This document shows positions 6,792 through 12,576 of a stretch of 12,576 nucleotides of DNA, piece by piece. Below the pieces are notes generated by a model. The model saw only the letters and a list, made by a program, of their open reading frames with translations, made no database searches and was not told the origin of the DNA. Numbering within the stretch: position 1 is the stretch's first letter; every line of letters begins with the position of its first letter. This stretch comes from Candidatus Sulfobium sp. (lineage in GTDB: Bacteria; Nitrospirota; Thermodesulfovibrionia; Thermodesulfovibrionales; UBA6898): assembly GCA_037380845.1 (NCBI GenBank), contig JARRRI010000053.1:1-12576 (forward strand), written 5' to 3'. The translations under genes and the position numbers were made by a program.

Positions 6792-7343
6792 CTACTTCCC
6801 ACTGGTAAGGGCGGACACGTTGAGTTTTACCATCAGGTCCCTCGGGTCCCTGTAATTCCTTATCCGTGCGTCCAGCTCCTTGACAACGAGGTAAGGTGTC
6901 CGTGTCTCCAGGGAGTATAGTATATCCCCCAGCGCCCTTACGTCCGGCAGCACTGTGTCTATGCTGACATTGATAACCCTGAAATGCCCGAGGTCTTCCT
7001 GTTTGCCGACTCACTCGCTCGATATCGTCCCCCACCTTTCCGTCACATTTCCCTACACGATGTCCTGGAGGCTGGCAGCAGCCAGAGAAGGCGTCTGTCC
7101 TTCTATGAGTTTAGAGTCATCGGCTTTCCTCTCTTCCGTGAGGACTTTTATCTCTTTCTCCAGATCCGGTTTTTCCGAGATGAGGGCCACATACTTTCCC
7201 AACAATTTCTCTTTCACGGACTGCTCTTCCCTGAGGGAAGCCAGGTCTGAACGGACCTGCATAAAGCCGTATTTGTATGCGAAGACGCCCAGCAGAACCG
7301 CCATGAGCGGTATGGTTATGAACAGAGTTCTACTTTTTTTCAT
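6792..7343 (-). pseudogene. gspM: T2SS protein GspM (PilO-like), 183 codons, interrupted by two in-frame stops (pseudogene or sequence error)
   Basis: The 96-aa ORF (TM plus coiled coil, ...AAASLQDIV) continues in the same frame: *GNVTERWGTISSE*VGKQEDLGHFRVINVSIDTVLPDVRALGDILYSLETRTPYLVVKELDARIRNYRDPRDLMVKLNVSALTSGK*. This C-terminal half fits a GspM/PilO ferredoxin-like domain and ends at TAG 6792-6794, next to the following ATG. Confidence 0.85.
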
Positions 7344-8889
7344 CGCCTGGTTTTATCTCCTTCTTTCCACCTTCAGCCCCCGCTTTTCCCGGGCCTTCTA
7401 TCTCCATCTTGATATTGAACCTGTCGGCATTCATCCTCCGGTCCCTGAAAGTAGGAGACGCGAACTCGACTTTTCTGAGATACGGTGAAGCTTCCAGTTT
7501 CGGAAGAAGACCGGTTGCAGAGTCCGAGTAGCCCTCGATCTGGACGGTCGTATCGGTCATGCGCACTCTCGTAAGCCAGGTAGTCTTGGGGAGGATAACC
7601 GTGAGCTCTTTCAGGAGGTTCAGCGTGAGGGGATTGTCCTGCTTGAAGCTGCTGATCGTGGAAATCTCGCCTTTCAGTGAATCTGCCTCCTTTTTCAAGG
7701 CTTCCACTTTCCGGGCTTCTTTCTTTTTCATGTCTATCTGTTGGGCGACTGCCTGAACTCTTTCTTTTTCCATACGCAGAGGGGCCATGACATTAAGTAT
7801 GCCGACGGCAACGATAGCCAGAATCAGGACCACGGTCAGGGCGAGAGGGGTCCTGGGCGTCTCGTACTTCCCCTTCTTTATCAGGTTCAGCCCCCTTGCT
7901 CCGGGCCACAACGACTCAAGCAGGCTTCCCACGGCGGCGTAAGGGATCTCTTCCGGCGCCCCCTCGAATTTCAGCCCCAGGTCGTCTTCTCCCAGAATTC
8001 TCAAGGGATGGCCCAATCCCGTTTTAATCGAATCCTTCAGCGACTGGTCCTCATTCTGGAAGAGCGCAACGATCTCCGGGTTTTTTGCTTGTCTTTTTGC
8101 AGCATCCATCATCCCCTTGATTTCTTCGGTAATCCTGCTTGCTTTAGCCTCTCTGTCCGTGGCGGGGGTTATTGAGAAAACGGTTTGTGCCACAGACCCG
8201 TCGATGAACAGCGCTCCTTCATATCCTTCTTCGTCTATACGAACGAACAACGTGTCGGCCCCTTTGTTCCAGTAACGGCATAGGGTACCCATGCCCGACA
8301 GGTCGACGGTCAGAGACCCGACTTTGAAACCGTGCTCACGCAGGGCGGTGATATAAGGCGTTACCATTTCGGCTTTCGCCGCCATCAGGAGGACCGTCAG
8401 CCTTCCTCCGTGTTCCTTCACGATTTGAAAATCGAAGAATGACTCATCCGGCATGAAGGGGGTAAGCCTGTCTATTTCATAAAATACTACATCAGGCAGA
8501 TTTTCCTTTACCGTGGAAGGGAATTCCGCTGTCCTGATTATTGTCCACGCCTTCGGGATACTCAGGGTGACGTCGGTCCTGGCTGCGCCGAACTCGTTGG
8601 CCGCCAGGGCGAGGGAGGATGCGATGTCCTCGGGCTGGGGATATTTGCCCTCCTCAAAAAAATACTTTTTTACGGCCTTCAGCTTTATTCTGGAGAGAAA
8701 GCGCGATCCGTATACGACGGACGCACCACCTCTTTCCAGCGATATGGCCAGACCCTTTTGCGGTGCAACGGAATCGTCGGCCGGACTGAAGGTGAGGACC
8801 CTCTTCAGAGGCCCCCATGCCGCCTTCAGCCTCGCAACGGAGCCGGACGCCGTATCGCTCAGCTTCTTAACTGCCTGTGTCGTTGTCAT
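7330..8889 (-). CDS. gspL: T2SS protein GspL-like (cytoplasmic PilM/actin-like domain, TM, PilN-like periplasmic domain)
   Basis: 519 aa. Motifs: LSIPKAWTIIRTAEFP, YEIDRLTPF...FFDF, one TM (PLALTVVLILAIVAVGIL), a coiled coil, and LKELTVILP.TTWL...VQIEGYS.SA..L...LE.SP.L..VEF (PilN-like). It lies between gspK and gspM and overlaps both. Confidence 0.85.
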   Translation of the reverse strand: MTTTQAVKKLSDTASGSVARLKAAWGPLKRVLTFSPADDSVAPQKGLAISLERGGASVVYGSRFLSRIKLKAVKKYFFEEGKYPQPEDIASSLALAANEFGAARTDVTLSIPKAWTIIRTAEFPSTVKENLPDVVFYEIDRLTPFMPDESFFDFQIVKEHGGRLTVLLMAAKAEMVTPYITALREHGFKVGSLTVDLSGMGTLCRYWNKGADTLFVRIDEEGYEGALFIDGSVAQTVFSITPATDREAKASRITEEIKGMMDAAKRQAKNPEIVALFQNEDQSLKDSIKTGLGHPLRILGEDDLGLKFEGAPEEIPYAAVGSLLESLWPGARGLNLIKKGKYETPRTPLALTVVLILAIVAVGILNVMAPLRMEKERVQAVAQQIDMKKKEARKVEALKKEADSLKGEISTISSFKQDNPLTLNLLKELTVILPKTTWLTRVRMTDTTVQIEGYSDSATGLLPKLEASPYLRKVEFASPTFRDRRMNADRFNIKMEIEGPGKAGAEGGKKEIKPGDEKK

Positions 8890-9961
8890 GCTTTATTCCG
8901 GTTGCAAAATCAGAAGGACTCTTATAATAGACATACCTGTAAGAGTCGTTGCCGTCTATGAGGACCGTGGCCCTGATCGCATAGCCCGTTTTCCTTTCGT
9001 GCGTACGCCCTATGGCCTCGATACTGAAGGTGCTGCCGCCCGTCGTCACGCCTATGTAGTTGCTGAAAGGCGGCGGCACTTTTGAGATTAGCCCCTGAAT
9101 ACTTGTTGCGGCCGCCTGACCCTGCGTGTTTTCTCTGAGGCTGATTATCTCCTGGACGATTTCAGGGGTTATCCCCGGGATTGCCTCCAGGACCTCTTTC
9201 GGGGCGGCAAGTGCATTGATCCGGTTCGTCTTTGCGTTAATTGTGAGAAAATCGATCAGGCCTTTTTTTCCCCCGTTGCCGTACAGTATCCCGGGAGTCA
9301 TTCCCTTAACCAGCAAGAGTTCCTCCAGCGTGTCAAAATCGGCATTCTTGGCCGTGTAAGGACGCGGCAGGGATTCGTAATACTCGCTTTCAGCTCCGCT
9401 GGCATGGATAAGATCATCGGGGTCCTTCCAGTCGAGTATGGAATCGACTATCACATCGCTGTCTTCCTTCTTGACGCCCAAATTTACAAGCAAATTCCTA
9501 AGTATATCTGAGTTTACATCTTTTATCTGGTTTATGTCCACCTTACCCGATTCGTCGGTAATGCTTACTGTATACTTGCCTTTTGACATCTCCGCCGTAT
9601 ACGGAGTGCCGTCCGTTTTCCATACCTCCATCCCTTGTTGGGGCGCGGGGTTGTTAAGGTTCGTTCTTCGGTAGAATATCTCCGTTATCCCGCGTTCTAT
9701 ACCGGCCTCGGCCAGAAATTTTTCTTGCAGTCCCTGTCTGAAGGACAGGGCAGAGAGGGTTTCAGTCCTGGCCATGTACGAAAATGAGAGGACGATTACG
9801 GTAAGTATCGTCAATACCCACAGCACCAGGAGGAGCGCTATCCCTTTCTCCGGTCCAGCGGCACTCCACCCCCTTTGTTCCAACGACCCTGCCTTTTCCC
9901 GTGCGGCGCATCCGCCTGTTGCCTGCTGCCCGTTGCCTGTTCTTTCCGTAAAAAATGTCAT
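8867..9961 (-). CDS. gspK: T2SS minor pseudopilin GspK
   Basis: EKG|IALLLVLWVLTIL (no E5, typical of GspK), LAEAGI, DESGKVDIN, DSILDWKDPDD, GAESEYY, ELLLVKGMT and INALAAPKEVL.AIPG. The start is placed at ATG 9961, 1 nt after the gspJ stop, rather than the ORF track's 10048, which lies inside gspJ. Confidence 0.93.
   Translation of the reverse strand: MTFFTERTGNGQQATGGCAAREKAGSLEQRGWSAAGPEKGIALLLVLWVLTILTVIVLSFSYMARTETLSALSFRQGLQEKFLAEAGIERGITEIFYRRTNLNNPAPQQGMEVWKTDGTPYTAEMSKGKYTVSITDESGKVDINQIKDVNSDILRNLLVNLGVKKEDSDVIVDSILDWKDPDDLIHASGAESEYYESLPRPYTAKNADFDTLEELLLVKGMTPGILYGNGGKKGLIDFLTINAKTNRINALAAPKEVLEAIPGITPEIVQEIISLRENTQGQAAATSIQGLISKVPPPFSNYIGVTTGGSTFSIEAIGRTHERKTGYAIRATVLIDGNDSYRYVYYKSPSDFATGIKHDNDTGS
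9914..9941. repeat. Imperfect heptanucleotide tandem repeat, 4 copies
   Basis: GCCTGTT GCCTGCT GCCCGTT GCCTGTT on the plus strand, within the gspK leader-coding region. Confidence 0.75.
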
Positions 9962-9962
9962 G

Positions 9963-10751
9963 TCAGTGCCGCCCTTGCAGTAACCGTTCGAAAGGCCCGC
10001 CGGGGTCCAGGCCGGACCGGCTCGAACCGAATCCAGCAGATTCAGCAATGGACCCGAAAGTCCGCATCGGGATGATGAGCGAGAAGTCCTGCCGCCCCTG
10101 CACCAGGTGCACCTTTACTTTTTCGGGGATGCCGGTGTCATCCGTCCATGTGTCTATCCAGCTTCCTTTTTCGTCTGTAGGACCTTTATAGAAGTATTCG
10201 AAGTAGATAGAGTCCATTCCGGTGAAGAGTCTGGTATCCCTTTCTTCGTCGATACCTATTACATTTTCCGATGCCGCCAGGGCCTGCTTACCGTCAGCGT
10301 CGGCTTCAACCCGGTAATTCACCACTACATAACCGGTCTGGCCGCCCCATATGGAATAATTAGTAGCGAACTGCATGGAGTCCCGTTCACCCTGGAAGTA
10401 CAGTTTTTTCTCCCCGTTGTCATCCTTCGTCAGAGGCGTCTCGGACTGAACCTGTGAATCAAGAATATTCAGAGACGTCCTCAGCCTTTCGAGAGAATCT
10501 ATCCTTTTTTCTCCTGAATCGACCGAGCGGATCCCAAGCCTCATCGCCCCTGCTATAATCACAACAATGAAGCCCAGTATTGCAAAGGCCACAACCAGCT
10601 CCAAGAGGGTAAAACCGCCTTCGGAACCCAGAACGGGCCGTCCGAAATATCCGTTTCCCGGGTTCCCCGCCCGATGATGCCGGATCATACCCGCGCTTTG
10701 CCACACGCCATGCATTTCTTCTCCGGGGTCTTTTGCCTGCAGATGCTGCAT
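9963..10751 (-). CDS. gspJ: T2SS minor pseudopilin GspJ
   Basis: Prepilin motif EGG|FTLLELVVAFAILGFI and C-terminal W.D.W....GIPEKVKV.L. The start overlaps the gspI stop (TAATG) and the gene lies between gspI and gspK. Confidence 0.9.
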   Translation of the reverse strand: MQHLQAKDPGEEMHGVWQSAGMIRHHRAGNPGNGYFGRPVLGSEGGFTLLELVVAFAILGFIVVIIAGAMRLGIRSVDSGEKRIDSLERLRTSLNILDSQVQSETPLTKDDNGEKKLYFQGERDSMQFATNYSIWGGQTGYVVVNYRVEADADGKQALAASENVIGIDEERDTRLFTGMDSIYFEYFYKGPTDEKGSWIDTWTDDTGIPEKVKVHLVQGRQDFSLIIPMRTFGSIAESAGFGSSRSGLDPGGPFERLLQGRH

Positions 10752-11167
10752 TATACCTTGTTCTTTACCATTTTCAACGTTTCCAGTGTAATGGTTCTTT
10801 CCCGCGAGCCTTTCGTCCAGTGGACGGTCACATCTATTTTCAGCAGTTTCACCGGCAGGTTGTCGGTCCGGTTTTCTTCTACCTTGGTGACGGAGGCATC
10901 TACCTGGTGCCCGTCTTCCGTAACGTCGCTCCAGGACTTCTCGGCCAGTTCATCGTCGTCCAGAATCTCCCTCATCTTCGACTCGGCTATCATCGACGCA
11001 TGTATATAGTCTCCGGATGCTGCGATACCTTTCATGTTCGCCGAGAAGAGTTGGAATACAACTACCAGCGCGATGCTCATGATAGCCAGTGCCACCAATA
11101 TCTCCAGAAGGGTGAATCCGTCGTCGCGGAAATATAAAAGGCTGTTCCTGTCAGGTCTTCCCATCAT
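10751..11167 (-). CDS. gspI: T2SS minor pseudopilin GspI
   Basis: 138 aa with DDG|FTLLEILVALAIMSIAL, A.MIAESKMREI and KIDVTVHW. ATGA overlap with gspH. Confidence 0.88.
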   Translation of the reverse strand: MMGRPDRNSLLYFRDDGFTLLEILVALAIMSIALVVVFQLFSANMKGIAASGDYIHASMIAESKMREILDDDELAEKSWSDVTEDGHQVDASVTKVEENRTDNLPVKLLKIDVTVHWTKGSRERTITLETLKMVKNKV

Positions 11168-11613
11168 GTTTTTCCCTTGAGAATTATGGACCCCTCTACC
11201 GGGTCCAGACTTATGGTGACACTCCTCTTGTCATCCCAGAGCACGATTGTCCCGCCTTCTGCGCTTCCGTACGAGTGGAATGTAAACGTATACTTGCCCT
11301 CCTTTATATCGCCGTAAAAAGGATCTTCTATCCTGATACTTATGCCTTCGGGAATCGCCACCGTCTTCAGGCCCTTTATACCATATTCCCTGGTGTCAAG
11401 GTTTATCAGCAGTGTCTGGTCCCTGCCCTGTATCTGTGCAAGCGATCTGGCGTGCCTGACCGTCGCCGCTATCTCCCGTGCCGTAGCGTGGAACCTTCCC
11501 GACGGCAGGGTATTGGCAAAGAAAACCGATGAGAGGCCCAGCATAAGCGTCATGAGGAAAAGCACAATTAATAACTCGAGAAGCGTAAATCCCTGGTTTT
11601 TCATTGTCTTCAA
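11164..11613 (-). CDS. gspH: T2SS minor pseudopilin GspH (FimT-like)
   Basis: 149 aa with NQG|FTLLELLIVL, AREIAATVRHARSLA and FTFHSYGSAEGGTIVL (GspH/FimT pattern). It lacks GspG hallmarks such as DPWG and GxDG. Confidence 0.85.
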   Translation of the reverse strand: MKTMKNQGFTLLELLIVLFLMTLMLGLSSVFFANTLPSGRFHATAREIAATVRHARSLAQIQGRDQTLLINLDTREYGIKGLKTVAIPEGISIRIEDPFYGDIKEGKYTFTFHSYGSAEGGTIVLWDDKRSVTISLDPVEGSIILKGKT

Positions 11614-11619
11614 GATAAC

Positions 11620-12576
11620 TCAGAAAGGCAGATTTGTTATGCTGAATATGGCCATAAGCATGGAGACGACAATGAAGCCGATTACTACACCCATAGTCAG
11701 GATCATGACCGGTTCAAAGAAACTGACGAAACGCTTTATGGCGAGCTTCAGGCTTTTTTCATAAGTAGTTGCTACCCGGAGAAGCATCGTGTCGAGCTGC
11801 CCGGTCTCGTCTCCTACCTTTATCATGGAAAGGGCGAGAGGGGGGAAGACGTTAGAATTGGTAAGCGGCAGGGCGATGCCTTTGCCCTCCTTCGCACCCT
11901 TCGAAACGGCGTCGATTGAAGAGGCGATGACCCGGTTGCTGATAATATCCTTCGAATTGTTCAGAGCCTGAAGAAGGGGGACCCCGCTCTTCAGGAGGGT
12001 TCCGAGCGTACGCGTGAACCTCGCAGTCTCGATCTTCCTTATTACGTCACCCAGCAGTTTGAGTTTAAACTCATCCCACTTGTACCTGCCGGCCTCTGTC
12101 CTGACATAATTCTTGAAGATAACCACGCCTATGATAATGGCCGACAGAACCATCCACCAGTAAGAGGAGAGAGCATTGCTGAAGGAGATGACTATCTGAG
12201 TGGGAAGCGGCAGGGCCGTTCCCATCTCGGCGAAAATCGCCGAAAATTTCGGCAGGACGTAAACAAGAAGAACGGCTATCGACAGACCGCCGGTCACGAT
12301 CAGGATCGCCGGATAGATCATGGCCGAAAATATATGGTCTTTTAATTCCTTCGATGATTCCAGGAATTCGTTCAGCTTGTCCAGGACCACGTCGAGGACG
12401 CCGCCGGCTTCACCCGCCCTGATCATGTTTGCGTAGAGCTTCGGGAATACCCTGGGGTGCCTCTGGAGTGCATCGGAGAACGAACTGCCTTCCCTGATTG
12501 CCTTAAGCACGGACTGAATGACGCTCTTCATCTCTTTGTTCTCCGATATTTCAGAGAGGATATTGAGAGCCCTGTC
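11620..12576 (-). CDS. gspF: T2SS inner-membrane platform protein GspF (PilC family), 5'-partial
   Basis: Motifs: EGSSFSDAL..HP.VF..LY.NMIRAGEAGGVLD.VL, AMIYP, RFTRTLGTLLKSGVPLL.AL, MIKVGDETGQLD and FEP. The frame stays open upstream of the track's ATG 12531 (DRALNILSEISENKEM) to the window edge. Confidence 0.95.
   Translation of the reverse strand, partial: DRALNILSEISENKEMKSVIQSVLKAIREGSSFSDALQRHPRVFPKLYANMIRAGEAGGVLDVVLDKLNEFLESSKELKDHIFSAMIYPAILIVTGGLSIAVLLVYVLPKFSAIFAEMGTALPLPTQIVISFSNALSSYWWMVLSAIIIGVVIFKNYVRTEAGRYKWDEFKLKLLGDVIRKIETARFTRTLGTLLKSGVPLLQALNNSKDIISNRVIASSIDAVSKGAKEGKGIALPLTNSNVFPPLALSMIKVGDETGQLDTMLLRVATTYEKSLKLAIKRFVSFFEPVMILTMGVVIGFIVVSMLMAIFSITNLPF

Noticed and set aside
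6766..7035. 89-aa minus-strand ORF as a separate gene or frameshifted gspM half
   Set aside because: It is in a different frame and not protein-family-like. The GspM-like continuation is in the original gspM frame.
7011..7055. Pyrrolysine/selenocysteine or alternative genetic code as the explanation for the gspM stops
   Set aside because: TAG and TGA both end genes in this window with tight coupling to the next start (e.g. 6792, 7330, 107, 11164). GspM is non-enzymatic, and two different recoding events would be needed.
204..11971. Numerous antisense or alternate-frame ORFs in the track (e.g. 1832-2395, 5075-5611, 6191-6808, 6955-7488, 8513-9085)
   Set aside because: All lie within well-supported genes and are shadow ORFs with no family motifs.
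1..12576. CRISPR arrays, IS/integrase genes, tRNA/rRNA, diversity-generating retroelement repeats
   Set aside because: I saw no spaced repeats, transposase, integrase or reverse-transcriptase motifs, RNA gene signatures, or second copy of the altered gspM segment.

Overview
This bacterial window has two adjacent parts. The right part (6038-12576, minus strand) is a tightly coupled type II secretion system (T2SS)-like operon: gspF (5'-partial), gspH, gspI, gspJ, gspK, gspL (PilM/PilN-like), gspM (PilO-like) and a gspC/PilP-like gene. gspG, gspE and gspD are not in the window, and gspG is missing from its usual place between F and H. The left part (1-5914) is a surface-glycan locus. On the plus strand it has a DPM-synthase-like GT2 with a membrane tail, a SAM methyltransferase and a PIG-L/LmbE deacetylase. 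On the minus strand it has a DUF2142-like polytopic membrane protein (GT-C candidate) and a Wzm/Wzt-type ABC exporter (wzt partial). The clearest anomaly is that gspM, split in the ORF track, is one 183-codon frame (6792-7343) interrupted by two in-frame stops 14 codons apart (TAG at 7053-7055, TGA at 7011-7013) with no frameshift. Other oddities are very long pseudopilin leaders, a 4x7-bp tandem repeat in the gspK leader, and a long wzm leader carrying a Cys-rich, ferredoxin-motif-like small ORF. The organisation is reminiscent of Nitrospirota or deltaproteobacteria, but that is an impression only. All family assignments come from motif recognition by eye, not database searches.
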